Below are positions 41,980 through 54,385 of a DNA stretch of 64,000 bases, one piece after another. A model generated the notes under the pieces. The model had not been told where the DNA came from. It saw only the letters and a list, made by a program, of their open reading frames with translations, and did not search any database. Origin of the DNA: Veleropilina oligotropha. Its lineage: Eukaryota. A program made the translations under genes and the position numbers. Positions within the stretch are counted from its first letter, which is position 1, and every line of letters starts with the position of its first letter. Where the stretch lies: assembly GCA_048128005.1 (NCBI GenBank), contig JBEUKZ010000123.1, forward strand, positions 62,001-126,000. The letters are read 5' to 3'.

Positions 41980-43414
41980 TTAGCGGTTGCAGATTTGTGG
42001 ATCAATTGGGAGCTTAATCAATGACATTGGTTCATAACTGTGGAGCTACCATGGGTGGGTTTCACCAGACCTTCCGGGCTTTTCACTCTTGATAATATGG
42101 ACATGTCCCCATTTGACCATACTAGGATTTAATATAGCGCAATCCAAGTGAAATCAAAACATTATCCTTTAAAGTAACTGTTTAGGTTACACCATCCATT
42201 GTGTTCACTGAACATTGAAGACCTGACCAACCGAATCATTTGGTTGCTGATTGTTGATTCGGAAGCCACGTGGCAAACTGTGGTGGCTCAGCAAGTATGG
42301 GTTTTGTCTGCCAGTTGCAGACAACATTAATTTTATAGTCTATAACCAACGGATGTTGTGTTTTTACTGGCATTAACCTGAAATTCAATTTCTTAATACT
42401 AGTATTCAAAGAATTGTCAACTTTTTAAACACATAGTGTATGTACTACATTAACAATGTCTTGAAACACAATTCTCATAATTAATCAAATCAAACATTTA
42501 TTTTAGAAAAGGGTCATAACCTGATAATGGTGTCAAAAATAAAGCATTTCTAAAACTTGTCCTCTTTTCACTTCACCATTAGACATCGTTCAATCTTTGT
42601 TCGGTCTCAACGGCTATTTTTCCTGTCAGTAATACTATATACCAATTTTAGTCTGTTTATACCAATAATTGATATGTTCCACTAGACCGATGGTCTGGCA
42701 ATGTACACTTATAGATGTAAACATGGACTCCTTGTCTGTCTGACTGACAACGATATTTAGGGTATTAATGTTATCAAACGGCTCTGTATATTGATGCTCT
42801 CGGCCATAAGAGATAAATATGAGTAGATAGGCAGATAACGGTAATCGGAGAAAAACCACTACTGTGAAGTTTTGCAGCATATGACGTACATTATTCTTGG
42901 GGAATAATGTGCGTTATTCAGTGATCAAATGTATGACTGGTTTGATTGCAGAATTGACGTTTAATGACCCACTCCAACAAGTTTTCAGTTATAGATTGAA
43001 ATAAAGAAGTTTGTATGTTAAAATGCATTGATGCTCTGTATGCTGTAGTGGAGAGGACAGCTATTGTTGGAAATGTCCCTATCATACCAAGCTATGGAAC
43101 CCCGAATTATCTATGGCTTTGTAGGCCAGTGCTATATATGTTAATAGAAAACAAAATTGTCATCAGTACAAATTTGTCTTCACAATAGATGAAACTTTTG
43201 ACAGAGGTAACACTCTGGTTTATAATTACTTAAGCAGCAGAATGGCAATGGCTGTTACAGATCCATTATCATTGACTAGCATCAATGTACCGGTCATGCA
43301 TTTTATTTTAAGCTGTGAGGTTCCTTCTGGCCGCACTGTTGGTATAGTGGATGTGAACGTGGCTGCAAATTCACATGCCTGACTGCAGAAAGAGGTTGAT
43401 GTTCAGCTGGGCAC

Positions 43415-44388
43415 TTTTTAACCGTAGCCTAAAAAAGGCTCTGGTTATTGTCATCACCAGAGGCGGACGGCGGATGGGTGGATGGGCTGGTGGGTGGAGG
43501 TTTTATCCGGATCAAATCTCGGCTTGTATGCATGTCAGCTTGATGAAACTTGGTATGTTAACTTACCATGACCTACCCTAGTGCGTGGCGATATAATTAT
43601 CCGTGTGTGACCTTTGACCTTGCCGTTGTGATCTTTCACACAAAATACAGGATGCAAGTTTTGTCCGGTCCATATCTCGGCTACTATACAGGGTGTTTCA
43701 AAAGTATATGTCACATTCTAAGTACTCATATCTCTGGAACTACAAATGGTAGCAGAATGAAACTGGTACCATTTTAAAGATGAAGGCATGAAGACTCGAA
43801 TAACTGAAGCCTTTGCTACTGTCGACCACGATATGCTTGTTTGGCAAGAAATGGGCTATCGTTTGGATGTGTGCCGTGTAACCGACGGCGCACACATTGA
43901 ACATCTCTAAAAGTGTTAATAAAACCTTTATTTCTTGGACTTTTGTTTTCAATTTTTTTGTATGGAACTTAAGAATATTAGCTTTCATAAGATATAAGTA
44001 GTGTTTTTATATCTTCAGTAATTATAGATATATGAAGAGTCCATATGTGACATATACTTTTGAAACACCCTGTATATGCCACCTTGATTTACTTTTGTAT
44101 ATTGACTTACCTTGACCCATCCTTGCACGTGGCGACATAATTTTCCGTGAGAGACCTTTAACCTTCCCCAAATATAGAATAAAGCTTTTGTCCGGAACAT
44201 ATCTCGGCTTGTATGTATGCCAGCTTGACGAAACTTGGTATGCTAACTTACCTTGAGTTACGCTAGCGCGTGGCGATATAATTGACGACCTTTGACCTTG
44301 CCCTTGTAACTTTTAACACAAAATACAGGATGCAAGTTTTTTCCTGACAATACCTCAGCTACTTAAATTAACTATACATGCCACCTTA
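43415..44388 (+). mobile_element. HINE-like element with tandem units, hosting a Tc1/mariner MITE
   Basis: T-run plus 5' hairpin, GGCG/GGAT microsatellite, repeated AAACTTGGTATG and GACCTTTGACCTTG motifs. Confidence 0.6.
43689..44072 (+). mobile_element. Tc1/mariner MITE (rosa-like deletion derivative)
   Basis: TA TSD, perfect 28-bp TIR CAGGGTGTTTCAAAAGTATATGTCACAT; transposase C-terminal remnant at 43788-43910 (YRLDVCRVTDGAHIEHL*). Confidence 0.88.
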
Positions 44389-44973
44389 TTGTATCCCCAG
44401 AAACCAGTGTCGGGGGATACTATGGTTTAGCCTCCGTTACGCCGCGTCCGCCGAAAGATTCCTCGTGATCGCTCTAGATAGGCCATTTCTAAACAGAATG
44501 TTTTCAAATTTGGTATGTGCATTGGTTGGGGCGAGGACACGACACCTATAAAATTTGGGTGTAGTCTGACCTCCAAGATGGCCACTGTGTCGTCCATCTT
44601 GGATTTTAAGCATTATTCCTTGTGATCGCTCTAGACAGGCCATTTCTTAATGGAATGTTTTCATATTTGGTATGTGCATTGGTTGGGGTGAGGACACTAC
44701 ACCTAGAGATTTTGGGTGTGGTCTGACCTCCAAGATGGCTGCCACGGCCACCATAATTGCTTGTGATCACTCTAGACAGGCCATTTCTTAATGGAATGTT
44801 TTCATATTTGGTATGTGCAATGGTTTGGGTGAGGACACGACACCTAGAGATTTTGGTTGATGTCCGAACTCCAAGATGGCAGCTGTGGATTCCATCTTGG
44901 ATTTTAAAGCATAATTCCTTGTGATCGCTCTAGACAGGTCATATGCGGTCACTCGTGTCTGAGCATTCTAGTT
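44389..44973 (+). mobile_element. Complete HINE family A copy with about three 140-158-bp units
   Basis: Both termini present (TTGTATCCCC...GGGGATAC; hairpin plus CTAGTT). Confidence 0.8.
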
Positions 44974-45233
44974 AAAATTCAATATTGCAACCCTCCTTTA
45001 GCTACCCTAGCAGGTTTTGACATAATTTTCCATGTACGACCATTAATTTTGACAAAATTTTCCATATGAAGACATTTTTTTTTTGAATTTTTAAATATTT
45101 TTTCATCCAAACATGATTGACAGCTGAGTACAGTATTTAGCCACTGATACTGGCAAAGTCAAGATTACAGATTTTATATGGTTGTCTGATTGCTATATAA
45201 GGCTGGGATTCCCAACAGCTCTGCTGCTGCCTA

Positions 45234-45700
45234 TTTTTGGCCCGCCTGTTAGGCAGGGCTATAGTCGTGGACTGGCGTCTGTTGGCGTCGGTGTCCGCTG
45301 ATCGCTTTATGTCAGATAGCAGATGAACCACTGGACCTACTCTTTTCAAATTTTGTATACACCTTGTTGTATGCCATCAGACCTTGCCTTAGTTCAAGGA
45401 TAGGGTCACTTGGTAAAAGGTCAAGGTCGTTTTCGTGTATTTCTAATCTGGACTTGAAGATTGCTTTCTGTCAAATAGAAGACGAACCGCTGTACCTACG
45501 TTTTTCATTTTGGGTATACACCTTGTATACCATCAGGCCTTGCCCAAGTTCATATTTGGGGTCACTGGGTCAAAGGTCAAGGTCATTTTCATGTATTTCC
45601 GTTCTGGAATTGAAGATTGCAAGTTGAAAGTTGGAGTCACTGGGTCATTTTCGTGTATTTCTGTTCTGGACTTGAAGATTGCTTTCTGACAACAATAGGC
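45234..45700 (+). mobile_element. HINE-like fragment
   Basis: TTTTTGGCCCGCCTG...CAGGGC start, GGCGTC repeats, internal repeats with AAGGTCAAGGTC. Confidence 0.55.
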
Positions 45701-46199
45701 ATACATACTTTGGCATCTTCCTTTGTCAGATATCACTATTTCATTATCATCTAACCCTAGAGTAGAAATATTGAAATATTTCAAATTGACCATGTCATCT
45801 ACTAGTGAATGTAGACACAATACTCATGAAATATAAGTGATTGATGCGCAGTCCCACGCATGCGAGCCATTTCGAACTTTAGCTCTTGTCATGTATTTCC
45901 GTTCTGCTTCCTGGGCAGCTTTCATATCTATTATGTATCATACAACATCCATGTACTGTATGATGATATTACTAAGGGCTTTAAAATTGGTTTCAGAGGA
46001 CCCTGTCTGGTGTGTTGTTTTCCGAGAAAGACTATCTAGATAATAATATCGGTGTTATCTTGACATATGCGTTAAGAAGATGTCGAAATATCAGTAGAAC
46101 GAAATGAAACATTGACAGGAGATAAATTAATTATTGATAAAAAGAGTTCTTGGAATTTGCAATCTGCATGGTATTTGCCTCGTCTGTTTTTTGGTGTGA

Positions 46200-46201
<2 letters not shown>

Positions 46202-46240
<39 letters not shown>
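46202..46240. repeat. (AT)n microsatellite
   Basis: Direct reading. Confidence 0.95.
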
Positions 46241-46243
<3 letters not shown>

Positions 46244-47222
46244 TAATTATCTAATTTGTCTCGGGTTTATGCACATACAGAAGCTTGCATAATCAAATTA
46301 TTTAAATGGCTAGTTAATAGCTTCGAATTTACGATGCTATTTCTGAACATGTACTAATAAGTTAGCAAGAACAGTTGCTGAACTCGTTTAATCTACTTTG
46401 CTTTTGTCCATCTGTGGTCTGTGTGCTAACTAACACATGTATCTTCCTTGTAGTATGTAACTCTGACAAAGTTTACAGTTTTAAACTTTATAATGTTAAT
46501 TAATGATTACATAGATCTGTGAGCAAGGACTATTACTGTCGTAGTTATTGTTCCTCACATGCATCCGGGAGGGGGAGACCATCCGATTTTTTAGTTTTCA
46601 TGTTGACCAGTGACTTTGAACATATTCTCAGGAATCCTGAATGCGGTCAATATTTTCACTACCTTTTCTCAATTTTGAGACATCGTTGTTTTGTGAAACT
46701 ACAGATCGACTAACCATATTATTGTGTAGATTAAGTTGGGCTAGTGAGAATTTATTTGAAAACTTGGACTTGTCTCTGCATGTGGAAAAAGATAGTCAAT
46801 TATATATGGGCTGTGGACAATTGCCACTTAGTGGCATGGTTCACTTAATTCTTATAAATTCAATGAAATGAAGAATACTGTGACAATGGTAAAAAAGTGA
46901 GTAATTGGCTTCCGTTAACTATAACCTTACAAGCCAGAGATTGTTGCATTGCTGCCTATATATGTCAGGGATTAATGGCATAGATTCACATGGTCCATCA
47001 ACAGATTTTATGAAGATAAATTTACCTAAATATTCATCATCTTGTAAATTTACATTAAATCTGTGTACTAACATTCTGGATACTGCCCGCTCATAATGAG
47101 GCTGTGCCTACATTGTGACTAATTATTTTCTGCCTATTGTTGCATGCTGGCCTGTGAAATGCTACTTCCGATATATATGCCTGGCCGCTACTGTTCTGGT
47201 GATGTCTGTCTCTATTTTTCAG

Positions 47223-47294
47223 GTATATACATTTTAATAATATAGCGGACTTGCAAGCCGAGACCTTTGCGCATTTGCCTTCGCTAGAGCGCCT
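47223..47294 (+). CDS. PXDN: Peroxidasin LRR exon (YIHFNNIADLQAETFAHLPSLER)
   Basis: 72 nt, ttttcAG/GTAAGT; matches the YLHFN...LPxLERL repeat of peroxidasin. Confidence 0.93.
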
Positions 47295-50200
47295 GTAAGT
47301 GGCTTATTGCGATCTTCCCCATTTGCATGCGCATGTAGCTTTTCCCTGTTGGTTCTCGCATGACATTTGGCATTCTTGAATATAGGATACTTTGCAGTAG
47401 TTTTCTCTTTGAGCTGCCAACACAAGTCGAACATCTTTTTCTACAAATCTGATGTATATTTATATTTGTCTGGACACAAGCATCTGATGTAGGATTACCT
47501 TGGAAATACTCTTCTCCATTGTTCACTGTCAACTGTCCAATCTGTGCTTGGAATTCCTCGCCATGATATACTAGTATTTTGCCACTGGCTTCTTCTGATG
47601 ACATCTAGATAAATTTTACATTACAAGCATACCCAGTCTGTATGCAATGCAATTCGTTCCATAGGCCAGAAATAATCTCATCGATAAATTTAAAGCTAAC
47701 TTTGTAGCAGCCAAGTGATTGATATTTATGGATTATTACATTGTCATTTGCTCACTATAGTGTCTTAGCTATTGGAAAATTTTATTCAGAAAGTGAGTGC
47801 ATCATGTTGTTATAGAAAAGACCTTGGCTTCAGTTTACATTTGGCATCTATTTGGTATCTACCTTATTTTATGACCTTTGTCATTAACTGCACCGCCTTG
47901 CACCAAAAAGACAGTATTTCACACTTTTACTATTTTCTTTGGATAGCTAGTCATGAAATCACGTTTGCAGGGCCTTGTGGAAGATCAATGTATTCCGATC
48001 ACTGGACAGGCTACCTGTGTTTATTAAAAATAAACATGGTGAAATAAGTAAATTTTCATGGTAAAATAATGAAGAACAATTGGCAATGACCTTTTGGCCA
48101 TATATATCTGTAATATCATTTCTTCCTGTGTCTCTTTATAACCTGCTCATCAGTTATAAATGTAATCTATAATTTGAAATGCACATGTTGCTAATACATC
48201 ATGTGAGCTCTAGACCAGCTAGCTAGCTATAGGTAGCCATTAGCTTGAAGGCAGTATCTGTCATTGGTCATGTAGCTAGGTTTAGCAGCCTTGTTAGTTT
48301 GCCCACCCAATTAACATTCCTGACAATCTAAGACACTCTGGTCTAACAGCATGTGGTCATGACACCTAGCAGCTGATGCTAACCCAGGTTGTGGAAATGT
48401 TTTGTTGGGTATTCAATGTTCATAGCACGTGCTTTGTACTAACTTTAACTTCAATTTTGCTAGCATTGAGGAAGAGGAGAACTTAAATGATTTATAAATC
48501 TTAGTGATTTTAAAGAATGTATATGATGCACACACAATGCCAAAAGTATATACAACATGTGCATAAATATTCTGGGTGGTCATTTCGTAGTATATGTGTA
48601 TTTATCTTGAACGACAATAAACTTGATATCATGAATATTTTGTGCAATATCAGCCCATGTCTATATTGCTATCTGGTCATGTTTAAACATTGACCTGATG
48701 CACAGATATTGTTGACATTGTAATAAATCACCTCATTATCGTTGTCATCAAAGGTAAACTAATGAAACAGCTTAAAGCTCACAGCAAAGAAGACTTGCCA
48801 TTAAATATTGCCCTGCATGTTTACAAAGGGATTGGTGAGAGTGCATATATGGACAATCATTGACTACAACAGTCATGGTATGTGAAGAACAGTGGCCAGA
48901 GATGCGTTGACCATGGCAAATCACAGCTATATTTGTTTACTTAGCAAGCTGTGCATTTTGTATTAAAGATTTCATGTCATGACTACAAAGTAGCATACTA
49001 TCACTAGATTGGGGTGACATATAGCTTAACAGTTATGATCGTGTTGGATCACGACTCGACAGAAGTTCGGTTCCTGGGTGTGTTGCGAATTCTACGTCGC
49101 CTCCATTGTGCACAATATCATTTTCTTGGTTATCTAGAGATATTAAACTGTGACCCCAACTGCAAACATGATTGAAAAATTGTCGCACTAAACAGATTCC
49201 AATAAAAAAAGTCTCTGTAGTACTATTGAAGCTAACACATCTATATTTTATTTTATTGAAAATATTAAGTAAAACAGGAGTAACAAAGATAACGATGATC
49301 ATATTCTTATAAATCTTTCAAATAAGGCATATATTTTATTTGATCATTTATCAAAACGAAAGCAGTATATAATATTTCGAACATATCAAATAATATTTCT
49401 AATTGTATATATCAGCCGATGAATAATTGAACAAATGATGATGTGTTATCAATTTTGTTGATTATTGACAAATGCTAAATTTAATCCAGCAAATTATCAA
49501 TTTATTATTAAATTTTGACTTGAAATTGGAAAGTGAAGCATAGCCATCAAATGTATTTAAACAATAAACGTTGATTTTACAAAGCAAAGTGAGATATGGA
49601 ACAACTTTCATTTCACCCTTCAATGCAATGTTATGACTGTATGTTCAGTCATGATGTATAATATTTAGCGTCTTTATAACAACACATTCACTACATCATC
49701 GTTATATATATGGATTCATAAATACCATGACAACATAGGAAGTTGATTGCATCCATCCAATATGGCAGTTCAGTTGCCTTAGTTTTGCATACTCCTGGCA
49801 TGTTATGTAGTTTATACCATGACCAGAAGGTGAGCCATGTTAGGCCACCATCTGTTTCCATCTTCCTTTGGTTGCAGAGGCGATTACATGATGTTGTTCT
49901 GTTTTTATGTCAGATGCAAACAACAGACTGAGGAAGTGGGTCCTCTAGATTACCAGTTAGCAGCTGAGTATCAATGCTGTAAAGACATTATTAGTAACAG
50001 TTACTAGCACAGACTTGTATGAAAACCTGTTGGAAGCAATAAGAGGAGCAATAGTATCCCGGATTGTAGTCTGGATTACTAGCTATGCTTTTTTCTTTGT
50101 TTCATCAACACATCGTCCACAGAGACATCTGGTGTGTGATTTACAATTAACAGTTTTAATCCGATATGCTTTCAATTTGATATGTACATTAGTTTTGATG

Positions 50201-51418
50201 AGATCTCGAACCCAAACAATTTGAGCATTTTCTCATTCAAGATGGCCGCTGTAGGAGGAGAGGCACCGCACCCTCTTGGGATCAAGTATTTTGCTAATTC
50301 AACAACAGTTATGAGCCACCTTAAAAATCTCACCTAATAATTTTCCATGAATCCTTTTCACCACAACTATCATTGCATCATGATATATTGTTGAGACATG
50401 ACATTATTTGTTCAGTCATGAATCACAGTTGTCCATAACTGGTTGGAGAGGACGAGTTTTCCAGGCATCGACTTAACTCCCGCGATAATATGGTCATGTC
50501 CTGCTTTGAACCTGATGATTGCAAATATACATGACATTAAGCATCTATCCTTTCCCTTTCCTGTTGACCAATACACTGCCACTGAAGCAAGCTGTTTATT
50601 TCGGTATACAGTAAACAAGTGGATTAGGGATTATTTGAAGTCATATAACAATATAATTATTGACTATTAATCCATTTTGACATAGTTTTCTTTTGTTATA
50701 ACTGTTGATTATCCTGCACGAATCTACGGCTGAGATGGCTATTATGAGCCCTGATTAGTAGACCAATTTAGAAAGCGTTGCATGCATTCCGTACGGACGG
50801 TTCCATTCCAGAAAGTGACGAAGGAATGTTTAAGGCAGTATATAATCCAAATTGTTCAGTTTCCAGGCGGACGATTCCATTCTAGAACACGTGGACGCTG
50901 AAAATAAAACAAAACAATTTTCAATAGAAAAGATAACAATTCTTTTATCGCGCAGCCAGCAATTTTGTACTTATAACAAAGTTTAAGCACAGAAAAATCG
51001 TTCCCTAAACCAAAAATGCAATACTCGCTAAACAATAAGAAGAACCTGACAATACTTCGTATAATGTTACTGTTTATATGAAAGCTTTTCCGTTGGTATA
51101 TTTTTAAGTTGTTTATAACCACATTGACGAATCCCGATAATTATTTAAATATTATATCACAAAAAGTCGTTAAAATACAATGTATATTTGAAATATTATA
51201 TACATTACCTGGTGCAGTCGAGAGACGTAAATCCCATGTGCTCTGTTCAAAGGCCTGATACCAACTGATGCTTGCGTTGAAAAATGCATGCCGGTATAAT
51301 CTTCTATTCATAAAGAAGGAAAATGGATTCGTCCCCGTGTTAACCAATTAGCGAAACAATACTGACACAGCAGTAGATTCGTGTGGAATAATCGACAGTT
51401 TAAACAAAAGAAAAATGG

Positions 51419-51538
51419 ATTAAGTCAGAGAATATATTCGTAACAGTAGATTCTTTGATTTAATTGTCCTCGGCTTCGCCTTGGACAAAATTAAATAAAA
51501 TAATCTACTGTTACTCATACATTCTCCTTGACTTAATC
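51419..51538. repeat. Long imperfect hairpin with CCTCGGCTTCGCCTTGG centre (probable Crypton-like terminus)
   Basis: ATTAAGTCA...GTAACAGTAGATT / AATCTACTGTTAC...TGACTTAAT. Confidence 0.65.
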
Positions 51539-52247
51539 CAGTGAATATATATTAATTTATCCACCTCGAATAGTGATATTCGCAAGAAAAACAATCGATA
51601 AAGGTATAATATTCCTTAATATAATCCAACATCTTAATTGGGTGATTGAGTAATTCATTAGACACTCCAATATGGGGCTGTTAGGTGTGGTGGGTTTTAA
51701 GACCGAATCTCTCTCAAGACTTATTCTACAGCTTAAATTAAGAGACCGTTATGTGTCATGGTATGTCGGTCTGGACCATTAACCAAGAAACTCTCAGAGT
51801 AGTTGTGTTGATTCATTGGTCCGACAGTACGAATGGACTCTGGTCGATGTTACTTTAAATGGACTTATTAGTCCATCCAGGTGCTCCGTCCTCAGACCTG
51901 GAATTATGGACTTTTCTCAATATGATGTTGAATCATCTGAATGTGCAAATTATCTTTTCCGGAGCATATCTCTTAATCCGCGTGAAATAACTTGACGTAA
52001 CTTGGTGGGTGTATTAAGTAGTTGGTGAACTGGTGCCTTTTACTACTTTTATTTTATTAACTGGTCACAATATTAATATTATTATTGGTTATCCTCATTA
52101 CTTTATCGTTTCAAGGTTCTTGATTTAAGGTACTTTGATCCGAGACTTGTTGTTCTGTATCTTCAGTTTAATTATTTTGTACATTTTAACAACTATATTT
52201 GTCTCATTACTGCGTTGCTGAAATTATGTCTTTTGTGTATTTTTCAG

Positions 52248-52319
52248 ATTTCTTCATAACAATAAGTTGAAGAGATTACCGAGAGATCTGTTCGCACATT
52301 CAGAAAACCTAAGACGATT
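52248..52319 (+). CDS. PXDN: Peroxidasin LRR exon (FLHNNKLKRLPRDLFAHSENLRR)
   Basis: 72 nt, ttttcAG/GTAAGT; FLHNN motif. Confidence 0.93.
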
Positions 52320-52573
52320 GTAAGTACAAAAGGTTTTCGAACTTTTAACATTAACAGTAAATGAATACCCCCTTGGTTTCCATCTCTGCTAGTTGAATAC
52401 ATGGTGTTATACGATGTATGGTGCATCACCATTCAACTTTTCTGATTATCTCCGGTCATTCAAAGCAAAAGGGCACATAGGCATGGTTCCTTCACAGGCT
52501 TGTTGGGAACATAATTTGGATCAATTTGGTCAATGGTCAAATTTTAAGCTCACCAGCCAATATTCAAGAATAA

Positions 52574-52952
52574 TTGTATCCCCGAACAATAGTCGGGGAT
52601 AGTAGGGTTTAGTCATCATTGTTCAGCCGCCTAATCTGCCGCCGCCGCAGAGATGTCTTGTGCGCGCTCTACAGTGAAAATTTTATTCCGATTTGATTCA
52701 AAATTTGGTATGCGCATTAGTTATCATGAGGACACGCCACCTAACGATTTTCGTCATCTTGGGATTCAAGATGGCCCCCAAGGTTGCCATTTTCTTGACA
52801 AGATTTTTTGTGCGCTCTACAGTGCCAAGTTATAATCCGATTTGATTCAAATTTGGTATGCATGTTAGTTATGATGAGGATACGGCGCCTATTTTTGCTG
52901 CTGTGGGAGGGGATACACCCCCTCGACTTGCTGGGTCGAAGATTCACTAGTT
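52574..52952 (+). mobile_element. HINE related to family A
   Basis: TTGTATCCCCG...CGGGGATA start, two repeat units, GGGGATAC plus hairpin plus CTAGTT end. Confidence 0.75.
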
Positions 52953-53285
52953 TATCATGCTGACATGCATCATTTGGTTTCTGATAACTGAATAATCAAG
53001 GTGTTGGTGCTCGTTACGAACGGTCAGATGTGCTATCAACAGATCGTCAGTGATATGATAGGTTCGACCTGAAGTGCATGGTCATGAATGAAAATCATGA
53101 TCTATAGCCAACATATAGAAATCTTAACTTTCCTTTTTATCTGTATAGCCCTCCAAATGGCACTGATATGGTGGGTATACTCTGTTAATTGTTGGTCTTA
53201 ATGGAAAAACAATGAAATTCATTTCAATATTGTCTAATACTATTCAGCATTACCTAATATTAATATTTGATTTATTTGCATGCAG

Positions 53286-53449
53286 GCGGTTGGATTCCAA
53301 TGCCCTTGTCTGTGACTGCCACATGATGTGGCTAGCCGAGATGCTGAAGAATAAGCACGGCCACACGCAGGCGGCCGCCACGTGCAAATACCCACAGAAC
53401 CTCCAAGGGAGGTCACTCATGAGCATCAGCCGTGAAGATTTCAGATGCC
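53286..53449 (+). CDS. PXDN: Peroxidasin last LRR plus LRR C-terminal cap (RLDSNALVCDCHMMWLAEML...AAATCKYPQNLQGRSL...FRC)
   Basis: tgcAG/GTAAGT, 164 nt, CDC...W...C..P..LQG LRRCT motif; contained in ORF 53212..53634. Confidence 0.95.
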
Positions 53450-54385
53450 GTAAGTCATACACGTACACGTTGATGTGTAGTAGTTTAAATAAAGATTCAC
53501 TTCCTCTGCATGTGTTAAACTCGAGCAAAAATCATCTTCGCCAAAGTCTGTATAGGAATATTTCCGTTTCAGTTAGAAAATCAACCATTACTTGCCATGT
53601 TATTTCTCCTTTCATGAGAGGGCCAGTAGTCTAGTGGATTAGAGTGTAGCATCCCAGTAGTGGGTTAGAATCCTAGTCGGGGGTACTCTCTGTTCAGTCA
53701 ACAACAGTCACTGTTATTCGTAGCTGGCCAGGTTGGTTTAGTATCCGGCAACTGGGCTTTCCACCAGCGATAATGTTGATATATCCTAGAGATATTAAAC
53801 TGTTGATTCTGCTGTAAATATTTTGCATGCTACTAAATAAAAGTCATCCTGTTTATTCAAAGTTGAGGATTGTTGATTTTAAATGTAACTGAATCTGTAC
53901 ATTTAAGTTTCAAATTTACAAATACAGGACTGACATATTTAGAATAGTTAAATAAGCAATGTATCATAAATTATGATAGAAACGATTATAGAAATAACAA
54001 ATGTCTTATCCAATCTTGATGAAAATTGATTCCTATATTCTCAGCAGCTTTGCAGTTAAAAATACATTGTTGCGTGAAACAAGATAACACTTTCTTTGAT
54101 GGGAAGGATCAAAACCATGATATACCAATACATCTGTTTAGATAAAACTGCTATCGGCTAAGAAAATAACAGCTGCCTGAATGAATGTGTCTGTTTCAGT
54201 GTTATTAGTTACTGCATATTCTAAACATAAAAACCCTCTCCTGAGTAAACACTAAAGAGTAACAGTTGGCCTGTTCATTATGGTAATCGAGTTCCGATAA
54301 AAAGATAACATCACGCAACACTCCCTGCTGATGTCATATCATCTAATTTCAGAAAAGTAGGGTGTACTTTAGCCCTATAAATGTA

